Positions 1-9,031 of a stretch of 64,000 nt of DNA are shown here, in pieces. The translations under genes and the position numbers were made by a program. The DNA comes from Pseudomonadota bacterium (lineage in GTDB: Bacteria > Pseudomonadota > Gammaproteobacteria > QQUJ01). The notes below the pieces were generated by a model. The model searched no databases, had not been told where the DNA came from, and saw only the letters and a list, made by a program, of their open reading frames with translations. Position 1 is the first letter of the stretch, and each line of letters begins with the position of its first letter. The DNA lies in the NCBI GenBank assembly GCA_008501635.1, contig QQUJ01000018.1:335286-399285 (forward strand), written 5' to 3'.

Positions 1-471
1 CGGCGAGAGATAAAGGGTGGCAAAACCGCCGTCGCGAAACGCCTGCGCACGGGTTTTATCGCCACCCAGCAGATTCACCACGTCGAAGTGTTTGCCTTTG
101 GCCTGGAGGATGGCACCGTCCTCCAACCGGCCCAGTTGACTGATGGTCGCATCGACCGGGGAGACCAGCACATTGTCGCCCGCGGCGATCGTGCGTGCCC
201 CGGCGCGCAGCGCGCGCGTGAAAAAGTCATTGAAGGTCCTGAAGGCATCGGGGTCCTGAATCTCCGCTGCGCTGAGGTCGATCTTGAACCTGCGCAGAAA
301 GAACCGGATCAGGCCTTTGCGGATCAGCCGGTTGCGGCTTCGCGCCAGCACATGCATGCCGCGCGACAGCAGGTGGTGCGGCAGTAAGCGCTGCGGGATC
401 GCCTTGCAGTGATCGATCAGCTGGGCTGGTTCACCGGCAGGGGTGTCGGATGCTGAGTCGGCGTCGTTCAT
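1..471 (-). CDS. psd: Phosphatidylserine decarboxylase proenzyme (5' part; runs off window edge)
   Basis: Manual minus-strand translation from ATG 471: MNDADSASD...FNDFFTRALRAGART...SPVDATISQLG...QAKGKHF...LLGGD...FATLYLSP; classic Psd motifs; rhdA-psd adjacency is known in Azotobacter/Pseudomonas. Confidence 0.92.
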   Translation of the reverse strand, partial: MNDADSASDTPAGEPAQLIDHCKAIPQRLLPHHLLSRGMHVLARSRNRLIRKGLIRFFLRRFKIDLSAAEIQDPDAFRTFNDFFTRALRAGARTIAAGDNVLVSPVDATISQLGRLEDGAILQAKGKHFDVVNLLGGDKTRAQAFRDGGFATLYLSP

Positions 472-564
472 GCGGTTGCGTGGTGTGGGCCCAAGGGCAC
501 AAAAACGGCTGCGATTGTGTCAGCTTGAGCGCCGATTATCCAGGCATGACACCGCGATAGGGAT

Positions 565-1380
565 CTATTCGATGGGGAGGTCGGGGGTGTTGCCCCATTC
601 GGACCACGAACCCGCGTAGGCGCGCACCCGTTCATAATCCAGCGATTTGAGCACGATGTAGAGGTGGGCGGAGCGGTGGTGGGTCTGGCAGTAGACGATG
701 ATCTCGCGGCTCGGGATGGCGCCGCGCACCTCCAGCATGTCGCGCAGCGTATCGCTCGCCTTGAGCCGCAGGTTGCGCTGGCTGTCCATGGTCTCGGTCC
801 ACTCCAGGTTGACCGCGCCGGGGATGTGGCCGCCGCGGGCTGCAAACACCTTGGTACCCCCGTACTCGGCCGGGGAGCGCGCATCGAGCAGTTTCACCTC
901 GGGATCGTTGAGATGGTTGAGCACGTACTCCCTGGTGGCCAGGGGTGCGTCGTTGAGTTCTACCGGATAGCGTGCAAGATCACGCAGCACCGTATCACCG
1001 TTCAGCGGGTGGCGTTCGTTGGCCCAGGCGTGTAGACCGCCGTTGAGCAGCGAGTAGCTGGTGTGACCCGCCAGCTCCAGTGTCCACAGCAGCCGCGCCG
1101 CGCGCCCGCCACCCTCGTCGTCGTAGGCCACCACATGCGTTTCCGGGGTGAGCCCAATGCCGGAGAAGAGCGCGGTGAGACGCCCGGCATTGGGTGGCAA
1201 CCCCATGGCCGGCTTGCGGGGTTGAATGAGTTGACCGTAATCAAGGTGAATCGCGCCGGGGACGTGATACTGGTGGTAAACCTCGGGTTTGCACAGATCC
1301 ACCACCAGTAGTCCGTCACTGCCCAGGGCAGCCTCCAGTTGGTCGGGTTCGACGATCAGGGGCAGGTCGGAAACATTCAT
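565..1380 (-). CDS. rhdA: Two-domain rhodanese / thiosulfate sulfurtransferase (RhdA type)
   Basis: HVPGA, GHIPGA, active-site loop CQTHHR (as in Azotobacter RhdA), C-terminal YAGSWSEWG; start 1380 or 1386. Confidence 0.92.
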   Translation of the reverse strand: MNVSDLPLIVEPDQLEAALGSDGLLVVDLCKPEVYHQYHVPGAIHLDYGQLIQPRKPAMGLPPNAGRLTALFSGIGLTPETHVVAYDDEGGGRAARLLWTLELAGHTSYSLLNGGLHAWANERHPLNGDTVLRDLARYPVELNDAPLATREYVLNHLNDPEVKLLDARSPAEYGGTKVFAARGGHIPGAVNLEWTETMDSQRNLRLKASDTLRDMLEVRGAIPSREIIVYCQTHHRSAHLYIVLKSLDYERVRAYAGSWSEWGNTPDLPIE

Positions 1381-1607
1381 TGACACATCCTCGGTACGAT
1401 CAGCTTACCCGCAATGATCAGGGTCGATGGAGCAAGAGCGATGGGGTGTTGCGAAAGAGCGCATATTCTACCGTTTTTGTCAGGTAGCGGTAAGGCGCGC
1501 GCGCTTGTGGTTGCGGTGGCGGTTCGCCTACATTGGTAGTTTATGGAGAAGTCGTTGACGGTACGAAAGACAAACAGGACACGGCGTACGGCGTGGTCTG
1601 AGGGTGC

Positions 1608-2654
1608 GTGGTGAGCGGTTTTCGCAGCTCCCGCCAGCAGGTGTCGGGTTGGCTGCGTCGGCTTGCCGAATCCTATACGGTCCATTTCCCGCAACCCGAG
1701 GGAAGTGCCAACTGGAACTACCACCCATTGGCTCCCGAGAGCGCGGTGACTCTGGCGGGCTACCGTCCCACGATCATCCCGCCGGGCCGGCATCTGATGC
1801 CCGACCAGGAGGTGCTGTTTGGCTTTCGTCGTCGCCCCGAGGGGGGTATTGAATTCATTGAGATGCCGCCCGCGCCGTCGCAGATCATTGCCGGGGTACG
1901 CCCCTGCGATCTGCGCGCCATCGTGCAGATGGACGCGGTACACGCCGATCCACCCAGCGATACCCACTACCTGCGCCGTCGCGCCGCCACCCGTATCATC
2001 GCGTTCAATTGCCTGCAACCCTGCGATGATCGCGCATTCTGCGCAGCCACCGGCGCCTTGTCGCAGCGCGAGGGGGCCGATTGTTTCGTCACGCTGATCG
2101 GCGATGAAGCGGTGATCGAAGCGCTCACGCGCGCGGGCGAGTCGCTGTTGGAAGCCGCCGGTTTCGATTCCTGCGAGGATGCCGTCGCGCGTCGTCAGGC
2201 TGCCGAGGCCGGTCGCCCGCAACCCTTCGGCCGCCAATTGGAGGCGCCTGCGCAGCAGATGCCGGAATTGTTACGCAAGGCGTACCACTCGCCTGTCTGG
2301 GCGTACTACGCTGAACGCTGCTTTTCTTGCGGCACCTGCAATCTGGTCTGCCCCACCTGTTACTGCTTCGAGGTGTGCGATGAGATGGCGCTGGGCGGCC
2401 AATCGGGCCAGCGTACCCGCACCTGGGACGGCTGCATGGTGCCCGGGTTCGCGGAAGTGGCCGGCGGCCACAACTTTCGCGCCGCAGCCGCCGAGCGCCA
2501 GCGCCACCGTATCAAGCGCAAGTTTGAATACCTGCCCGAGCGCTTTGGCCTGGGGAGTTTCTGTGTCGGTTGCGGGCGTTGCGGTCGCCAGTGCACCACC
2601 GATATCGATATCTTCGACATGGTCAACGACATCGCCCGTGAGGCCTGCGGATGA
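1608..2654 (+). CDS. hydB: Group 3b [NiFe]-hydrogenase (sulfhydrogenase) beta subunit, 4Fe-4S dicluster, AsrA-like
   Basis: GVRPCD, CFSCGTCNLVCPTCYCF, WDGC, GGHNFR, CVGCGRCGRQC; first gene of operon. Confidence 0.9.
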   Translation: MVSGFRSSRQQVSGWLRRLAESYTVHFPQPEGSANWNYHPLAPESAVTLAGYRPTIIPPGRHLMPDQEVLFGFRRRPEGGIEFIEMPPAPSQIIAGVRPCDLRAIVQMDAVHADPPSDTHYLRRRAATRIIAFNCLQPCDDRAFCAATGALSQREGADCFVTLIGDEAVIEALTRAGESLLEAAGFDSCEDAVARRQAAEAGRPQPFGRQLEAPAQQMPELLRKAYHSPVWAYYAERCFSCGTCNLVCPTCYCFEVCDEMALGGQSGQRTRTWDGCMVPGFAEVAGGHNFRAAAAERQRHRIKRKFEYLPERFGLGSFCVGCGRCGRQCTTDIDIFDMVNDIAREACG

Positions 2655-3484
2655 GTGCGCAACCCACTGATCTTTATCGCCCGCAAGTGGCGCGCATCGC
2701 CGAAGTGCGTGAACTGACCACGCGCGAAAAATACTTCCGACTCGAGCTGGAACAGCCGCTCAAGCACAAGCCGGGGCAGTTCGTGATGGTGAGTCTCTTC
2801 GGCATCGGCGAGTGCGCCATCTCCATCACCTGCGGACCGCATGCTCGGCCGGAAGTGGAGCTGGTGATCCGGCGCGCCGGCAACGTGACGGGCGTGATTC
2901 ACGGCTACAACGTGGGTGATGTCGTCGGCATCCGCGGTCCCTTCGGCAATGGTTTCGATCTTGACCGGTTTGCCAGGCGCGAGCTGGTCGTCGTTGCCGG
3001 TGGCCTGGGTCTGGTGCCGCTGCGTTCGTTGTTGCAACCGGTGGTGGCGGATCGTCTGCGCTTTGGATCGTTGACGCTGGTCACGGGAGCGCGCACACCG
3101 GCCGAGACGCTGTTCCGCGACGAGTTGACCGCCTGGTCGAAGATCGACGGAGTCACGGTGATCGAAACCGTCGACCGCACCGAGCACCAGCCATGGAACG
3201 GGCGGGTCGGCCTGGTGACGGGACCCATCGGTGAGTTGACGCTCGATCCTGCCAATACACGCGTTGTGTTGTGCGGACCGCCGGTGATGTACAAGTTTGT
3301 ACTGCTGGAGCTGGCGCAGCATCACGCGATTCCTGCGCAGCATATCTACGTCGACCTGGAACGGCGCATGCGTTGCGGCGTCGGCAAATGCGGTCACTGC
3401 CAGATCAATGAACTCTATTGCTGCCAGGATGGACCGGTGTTCCGCTACGCCGATCTGGCCAACTATCCGGAGGCGCTGTCATGA
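2651..3484 (+). CDS. hydG: Group 3b hydrogenase gamma subunit (FAD/NAD(P)-binding, 2Fe-2S), AsrB-like
   Basis: PGQFVM, RGPFGNGF, AGGLGLVPLRS, CGPPVM, ERRMRCGVGKCGHC...CCQDGPVF; ATGA overlap with beta. Confidence 0.92.
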   Translation: MSAQPTDLYRPQVARIAEVRELTTREKYFRLELEQPLKHKPGQFVMVSLFGIGECAISITCGPHARPEVELVIRRAGNVTGVIHGYNVGDVVGIRGPFGNGFDLDRFARRELVVVAGGLGLVPLRSLLQPVVADRLRFGSLTLVTGARTPAETLFRDELTAWSKIDGVTVIETVDRTEHQPWNGRVGLVTGPIGELTLDPANTRVVLCGPPVMYKFVLLELAQHHAIPAQHIYVDLERRMRCGVGKCGHCQINELYCCQDGPVFRYADLANYPEALS

Positions 3485-4272
3485 GCGCCATGAAGCCCAA
3501 AATCGCCTTCTTCGATTTCGCCAGTTGCGAAGGTTGCCAGTTGGCGCTGCTCAATTGCGAAGACGTACTGCTGGAACTGTTGGAACATGTCGAACTGGTG
3601 GAGTTTCGCGAGGCGATGAGCGAAAAGGCACCGCGCTACGATATCGCCTTCATAGAAGGCAGCATCCATCGCGAAGAGGATGTGGAACGGCTGCACGACG
3701 TTCGCGCGCGTACCAGATATCTCGTCGCCCTGGGTGCCTGCGCCGACACGGGTAACGTGCAGGCGCGCGCCAACGCCGTTGCGCCGGCGGTGAATTTTCA
3801 ACGCGTCTACGGCGAAGAGGCGCGCAACAGCGTACAGGCCGACGGTAACTACTGGCCGTTGTGGGCGCACACCCGCGTGCGTGCCGTGCACGAGGTGGTG
3901 GCGGTCGATTACACGCTGCGCGGTTGTCCCATGGTGGCGGAGGAGTTTCTGCGGCTGGTCAAGGCGCTCATCAGCGGGCAGATCCCGCGCTTTCCCGCCA
4001 ATGCCGTGTGCGTCGAGTGCAAGAAGAACGGCAACGAATGCGTCTACGATCGTGGCCTCGCCTGTCTCGGCCCTATTGCCTACGGCGGTTGCGACTCGGT
4101 CTGCATCAACGGCGGTCACGTCTGCGATGGTTGCCGTGGCCTGTTGCCCTACGCCAACGTCGATGCGCATCGCGATCTTCTGCGCAGCATGGGCATAGGC
4201 GATCGCGCGATTCTGCATCGCTACAGCCTGCATTGCAGCAGCGACGCGCGCCTCAAGGGGTCGGCGCAATGA
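3481..4272 (+). CDS. hydD: Group 3b hydrogenase delta (small) subunit
   Basis: SCEGC, IEGS, LGAC, RGCP, C-terminal CVEC...CLGP...GGC...C...CDGCRG; ATG 3481 overlaps gamma stop. Confidence 0.9.
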   Translation: MSAMKPKIAFFDFASCEGCQLALLNCEDVLLELLEHVELVEFREAMSEKAPRYDIAFIEGSIHREEDVERLHDVRARTRYLVALGACADTGNVQARANAVAPAVNFQRVYGEEARNSVQADGNYWPLWAHTRVRAVHEVVAVDYTLRGCPMVAEEFLRLVKALISGQIPRFPANAVCVECKKNGNECVYDRGLACLGPIAYGGCDSVCINGGHVCDGCRGLLPYANVDAHRDLLRSMGIGDRAILHRYSLHCSSDARLKGSAQ

Positions 4273-5564
4273 GCGGCACCCATCGCATTCACATCGAACA
4301 CGTGACCCGCGTCGAGGGACACGGCAGTATTCGCATCAACACCCGCGCAGGCGTGGTGGAAGAGGTGAAGCTGGAGGTCGTCGAGGCCAACCGCTTTTTC
4401 GAGAGCGTGGTGCTCGGAATGCCGGCGCAGGATGTGGCGCAGACGGTGAGCCGCATCTGCGGCATCTGCTGCGTCGGGCATCAACTGGCAGCGTTGAAGG
4501 CGGTGGAGGCCGCGCTCGGCATCGTCCCCAGTACACAGACCATCCTGCTGCGCAAGCTGCTCAACGAATCGCAATTTCTACAAAGCCATTCGCTGCATCT
4601 CTACTTCCTCGCGGTGCCCGATTTCGTCGGCACCAAGAGCGTGTTGCCGCTCGCCAGTTCGCATCCCGAGCTGGTGCGCCGCGCGTTGAAACTGAAAAAG
4701 CTCGCCAACGATTTCACCGCAGTGATCGGCGGGCGCACGCTGCACCCCATGACTCCCGCACTGGGTGGATTCCGCAAATGGCCGGCGCAGGATGCCCTGG
4801 CCGCTATCCGCCGCCGCCTGGCCGAATCACTGCCCGAAGTACAGACCATGGTGGAGTTCATGAGCGACCTGAAACTTCCCGAACTGGAGCGCGAGACCGA
4901 ATACGTCTCATTGAAGCACCCCGACGAGTACGCCCTCTATGACGGCACGATCCACAGCTCCGATACCGGCGAACAGGTCGCCGTGGCCGACTATCGCCAG
5001 GCGACCAACGAGTTCACGATTGCACACTCCACCGCCAAATGGGCGCGCTGGCACCGCGACAGCTACATGGTTGGAGCGCTGGCACGGATCAACAACAATT
5101 TCGCGCAACTGCGACCCGAAGCGCAGGAGGTGGCCATGCAGCTGGGGATCAAGGTGCCGAGCTACAATCCCTATCAGAACAATCTCGCGCAGTTGGTGGA
5201 ACTGGTTCACTGTACGCACAACTCGCTGGCAATGCTTGACGAGGTGCTGGATGGAAACTCTGAATCGGCACCACCCGCGGTTAGGGCAGCGGCAGGTTGC
5301 GGCGCCGGCGCGGTGGAGGTGCCACGCGGCGTGCTGTTCCATGAATACGGCTTCGACGACGATGGTTGCTGCATCAGCGCCGATGCCGTGATTCCCACCA
5401 GTCAGAACGTCAACAACATCGAAAAGGATATGCACGCCTTCGTGCCGCAACTGCTCGGCAAGGTGGAAGAGGGGGAACTCGCCCACACCATGGAGATGCT
5501 GGTGCGTGCTTACGATCCCTGCATCTCCTGTTCGGTGCATCTACTGGAGGTGGAGTTCGTTTGA
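4269..5564 (+). CDS. hydA: Group 3b [NiFe]-hydrogenase alpha (large, catalytic) subunit
   Basis: TRVEGH, L1 RICGIC, EVPRG, L2 YDPCISCSVH plus a 7-aa cleavable tail; ATGA overlap at 4269. Confidence 0.95.
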   Translation: MSGTHRIHIEHVTRVEGHGSIRINTRAGVVEEVKLEVVEANRFFESVVLGMPAQDVAQTVSRICGICCVGHQLAALKAVEAALGIVPSTQTILLRKLLNESQFLQSHSLHLYFLAVPDFVGTKSVLPLASSHPELVRRALKLKKLANDFTAVIGGRTLHPMTPALGGFRKWPAQDALAAIRRRLAESLPEVQTMVEFMSDLKLPELERETEYVSLKHPDEYALYDGTIHSSDTGEQVAVADYRQATNEFTIAHSTAKWARWHRDSYMVGALARINNNFAQLRPEAQEVAMQLGIKVPSYNPYQNNLAQLVELVHCTHNSLAMLDEVLDGNSESAPPAVRAAAGCGAGAVEVPRGVLFHEYGFDDDGCCISADAVIPTSQNVNNIEKDMHAFVPQLLGKVEEGELAHTMEMLVRAYDPCISCSVHLLEVEFV

Positions 5565-6061
5565 CGGCGGGTGATGATGCTATCCGCTTGATCGTCGCGG
5601 GGCTGGGCAACCGCGCGCGCGGCGACGATGGCATCGGGGTGCACCTGGTGGAATCGATGCGATACACGCTGCCTCCTGGAGTGGAAGGTGTGGTATGGGA
5701 GGGCGCCGACGCCTACACGCTGGCGCAGGAGTTGATCGAGCGTGAGCGGCCGGTGCTGTTTGTCGATTGTGCGCAGATAGGGGGTGCTCCGGGGACATCG
5801 CGCTGGTGGGCGGAAGCGACGGCGAACATGGTTCTGTCTGCCGAGGGAAACTCGACGCATGGCTTGACGCTGGGTGACGGCATCGATCTGGCGCGTGGCC
5901 TGGGGTTCGGGCAGCCGCTCTACTTCTTTGGCGTGCAACCCGCGAGCATCGGCCACAGTCTGCATTTGAGCCGGGAAGTGCGGGAAGCCTATGCAGTGTT
6001 GGAGCAATCCTTGCTGAGTACCATCGACGCCTTGCTGATAAGTATCGAGCGTGAGCACTGA
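5561..6061 (+). CDS. Hydrogenase maturation endopeptidase (HycI/HyaD family)
   Basis: GLGNRARGDDGIG, FVDC, STHG, GVQP motifs; TTG start overlapping alpha stop. Confidence 0.88.
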   Translation: MTAGDDAIRLIVAGLGNRARGDDGIGVHLVESMRYTLPPGVEGVVWEGADAYTLAQELIERERPVLFVDCAQIGGAPGTSRWWAEATANMVLSAEGNSTHGLTLGDGIDLARGLGFGQPLYFFGVQPASIGHSLHLSREVREAYAVLEQSLLSTIDALLISIEREH

Positions 6062-7412
6062 ATCGATCATCTGCTGCGTGCAGGATGTGCACACCCGCGA
6101 ACTGGTGGACCGCATCGGGTGGGCCGTACGCCTGCGCTGGTTTTTTGTCGTCGCCTGCTTTGTCGCCGCAGGATTCGCAGCGCTGCCGATGGCGCCCTTG
6201 AATCTGGAGCCCGGCTATTTTCTAGCGGTTGGTGGTGTATTGCTGTTCGCCAATCTTTTCTACCGCTGGCAGGCGCATCAGGCCAAGGTGCGTTGTCCGG
6301 GCACCGGCGATCTGCGCAGGCTCTGCCTGCTGCAGGTGATGGGTGACTACATGGCGCTGGCGGTGGTTGCTTACGCGCTGGGTACCGTCGAGACTCCGGT
6401 GCTGTTTCTGGTGTTGCCCAACATCATCGTCGTGGCGCTCTTTTTTACACCGCGCCAGGGTTTGGCGGTGACTGTGACGGCGTTACTCATGGTCACTTCG
6501 CCACTGCTGTTGGAGACGGTGGGTGTGCTGCCCGAGCGTGTGTTGTTTGCCTCGCCGCTCAAGCGCCTGTTGCTCGATCAACCTCTGGCTCTGGCGGCCT
6601 TTCTCGGTGTGCTGGTCGCCTGCGTATTGGTCTGTTGGTATCTGGTCAGCGTGATCACCGAACGCCTGGTACACAATGAGCTCGAGCTGGAACAGAGTTA
6701 CGAGCAGATGGTGCGCCTCGACGAAGAACGAACACGTGCCGTGCTGCGCGGCACGCACGAACTCAAGGCACCGCTGGCGGCGATCAAGAGCTACGTATTC
6801 ACGCTGCGCGACGGCTACGGCGGAGAGTTGCCCGACAAGGCGCAGAAGATTGTCGAGCGCATCGGACGTCGCTGTGACCGGCTGCTGGCCAAGATTACCG
6901 ATATCATGCGCCTCAGTAACCTGCGTACCTACGTCTACACCGGTACGCAGTTCGAGAATGTGGATCTGCTGGAGGTGATGAGTCAGTTCGTCAACGAAGC
7001 CGAAGAGCTGGGGCGCACGCGCAATGTCACCATTGGGCTGGAAAACCGCATTGATGGCAGCGCGCTGGTGCGGGCGACGCGTGAACATCTGCACACGCTT
7101 TTCTCCAACCTGTTGGCGAATGCTGTTCAATACTCGCACGACGGAGAGCAGGTGATGGTCCGCTTGCTGACCGCGGAGAAGCGCATCGTCGTCGAAGTCG
7201 AGGATCACGGCATCGGAGTCCCGCCCGATGCGCGGCAAAGCATCTTCGATGAGTTCTACCGCGCGCGCAACGCTGCTGCGCATCATGAGGGTGGCACCGG
7301 GTTGGGTTTGCCCATCGTCAAGGCCACCGCGCGGGTGCTGGGAGCGACGGTGGAAGTGCTCGATGCTCACCCGCAGGGGAGCGTGTTCCGCGTCACGCTA
7401 CCGACGGGGTGA
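6051..7412 (+). CDS. Membrane-bound sensor histidine kinase
   Basis: About 5-6 hydrophobic segments, then H-box THELKAPL, N-box NLLANAVQYS, G1 DHGIG, F-box IFDEFYRA, G2 GTGLGL. Confidence 0.92.
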   Translation: MSTESIICCVQDVHTRELVDRIGWAVRLRWFFVVACFVAAGFAALPMAPLNLEPGYFLAVGGVLLFANLFYRWQAHQAKVRCPGTGDLRRLCLLQVMGDYMALAVVAYALGTVETPVLFLVLPNIIVVALFFTPRQGLAVTVTALLMVTSPLLLETVGVLPERVLFASPLKRLLLDQPLALAAFLGVLVACVLVCWYLVSVITERLVHNELELEQSYEQMVRLDEERTRAVLRGTHELKAPLAAIKSYVFTLRDGYGGELPDKAQKIVERIGRRCDRLLAKITDIMRLSNLRTYVYTGTQFENVDLLEVMSQFVNEAEELGRTRNVTIGLENRIDGSALVRATREHLHTLFSNLLANAVQYSHDGEQVMVRLLTAEKRIVVEVEDHGIGVPPDARQSIFDEFYRARNAAAHHEGGTGLGLPIVKATARVLGATVEVLDAHPQGSVFRVTLPTG

Positions 7413-7442
7413 TGCGAAATTCCTGGAAAGAGGGGTAATGCC

Positions 7443-7844
7443 ATGGCGCGCATACTGATCATCGACGACGATCTCGACATCATCGACAGTATTACTTTGA
7501 TCCTCGAAGGGCACGGTCACCAGGTCGTTGCCAAGACCGATACCGAGGGTCTGAGCGAGTGCGTCAAGGCGCAGCATCCGGATCTGATACTGCTCGACAT
7601 CATTTTTCCTGACGATCCTCAGGCGGGTTTCAAAGCGGCACGTGAACTGGCGAATGACGTCGATCTACGGGCGATTCCCGTGCTGGTGCTGAGCGCAGTC
7701 AACGAACGCACCAATCTCGGCTTCAGTTTCTCAGAACGCGATATCAGCGATGATTTTCTGCCGGTGCAGGGTTTTCTTGAGAAGCCTGTCGAGCCGCAGG
7801 TGCTGCTGGAGAAAATCCGGGCATTGATACCGGTTGGCGGGTGA
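7443..7844 (+). CDS. Single-domain (CheY-like) response regulator
   Basis: ILIIDDD, PDLILLD (phospho-Asp), VLSA, EKP; no output domain; AGAGGGG RBS. Confidence 0.9.
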   Translation: MARILIIDDDLDIIDSITLILEGHGHQVVAKTDTEGLSECVKAQHPDLILLDIIFPDDPQAGFKAARELANDVDLRAIPVLVLSAVNERTNLGFSFSERDISDDFLPVQGFLEKPVEPQVLLEKIRALIPVGG

Positions 7845-8008
7845 TCGATTCGCCATGCGGCGCCATGCGAGCTATCCTAAAGGGGCACCGAAAATGCGCC
7901 ACCGGTTCAATTCAGTCCCGCGGTCGTTTAGAGCCCCGTGCGTTGTCGTACGCTGTTTTGAGTTGATCTTTGCGCTTTTTCACTGAATCCTACAACTGGA
8001 GAGATTTC

Positions 8009-8434
8009 ATGGCACAAGCAGCGGCGGGCGATTCTGTCCGTGTTCATTACACTGGCCGACTGAACGACGGCACCGTGTTCGATTCTTCCGAAGGGCGCGA
8101 CCCACTCGACTTTACGTTGGGGTCGGGTCAGGTGATTCCAGGCTTCGATGAGGCGGTTACCGGCATGACGGTCGGGGAGAGTGTCACTATCACCATCGAA
8201 CCGGAAAACGCCTACGGCGAACGGCGCGAAGAGATGGTGCAGCAGGTTCCGCGTTCCGACATCCCCGACGACATCGATCTCGCCGTCGGTATGCAGCTCC
8301 AGGCATCAGGCCCGCAGGGTGATATCGTCGTGACCGTCATCGAGATGTCGGACGAAACGATCAAACTCGACGCCAACCATCCGCTGGCTGGCAAGGCGTT
8401 GACCTTCGATCTGCAACTGGTTGAAATTGGTTGA
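8009..8434 (+). CDS. FKBP-type peptidyl-prolyl isomerase (SlyD/SlpA family, no metal-binding tail)
   Basis: VHYTGRLNDGTVFDSS, GQVIPGFD, AYG, DANHPLAGKALTF; GGAGA RBS before ATG 8009. Confidence 0.92.
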   Translation: MAQAAAGDSVRVHYTGRLNDGTVFDSSEGRDPLDFTLGSGQVIPGFDEAVTGMTVGESVTITIEPENAYGERREEMVQQVPRSDIPDDIDLAVGMQLQASGPQGDIVVTVIEMSDETIKLDANHPLAGKALTFDLQLVEIG

Positions 8435-8472
8435 TTGCTCGACTCAACAGCGCATAAATTTATAGATTAAGG

Positions 8473-8498
8473 AGTCGGCCCTGCGGCCGACTTTTTTT
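8473..8498 (+). terminator. Rho-independent terminator after FKBP gene
   Basis: AGTCGGCC-ctgc-GGCCGACT followed by a T run. Confidence 0.8.
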
Positions 8499-8618
8499 AT
8501 GCACCGCATGGAGCCTGCTGGCAGCGCAGGCGATGATTTTGATGTCCCTGCTCGCTGCGACAGGGAGTTGTTCAGGGAGAACGGCACCGTACCGCCGACG
8601 ATTTCAGAAGAGATGTTA

Positions 8619-8729
8619 CCGGGAAACGGTACTCTGTTCCTGGGGTCTGGAGTCACTCGCAACCGACAGCAAATGGAAAAGGTTGCGCTCGATGAGCATG
8701 TGGAATCCAGGAAAGGCCCCGTTTCCCGG
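8619..8729. repeat. Long imperfect inverted repeat / structured element
   Basis: CCGGGAAACGG (8619) pairs with CCGTTTCCCGG (8729); TTCCTGG with CCAGGAA; inner CGCAACC with GGTTGCG. Confidence 0.55.
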
Positions 8730-9031
8730 CCGTGATTTGGCATTCAACTGTTTGCAGTTTTTCGTTTGCCGAAAACAATGAGAGGGGGGTGGTATAGCCA
8801 TGGCAAGTGTCGAGCCATCGCACCGCAGTTGCCACGCAACAAGCGGACCCACGCGACCGGCCACGCCGGCGCGAGAACCGGTGCGTGGAGCACTGCTTTT
8901 TCGCTGCTGCAGCCCAGGAAACAGCTATCCTTCGAGGGGTGTCGCAGCTTGCAACAGAACTTGTGCGACCAGTGATCGGACCTCCGCCCTGGATCGGGAG
9001 CAATAGTTCAACGCCTTTTGGCAGTCATCAA

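Noticed and set aside
1608..5564. Selenocysteine recoding in hydrogenase subunits
   Set aside because: All metal-ligand positions are Cys codons; the TGA codons are ordinary stops overlapping the next start.
8009..8434. FKBP gene as a SlyD nickel chaperone for the adjacent hydrogenase
   Set aside because: It ends at LVEIG with no His/Cys-rich metal-binding tail and is separated from the operon by about 165 bp; no hyp genes are in the window.
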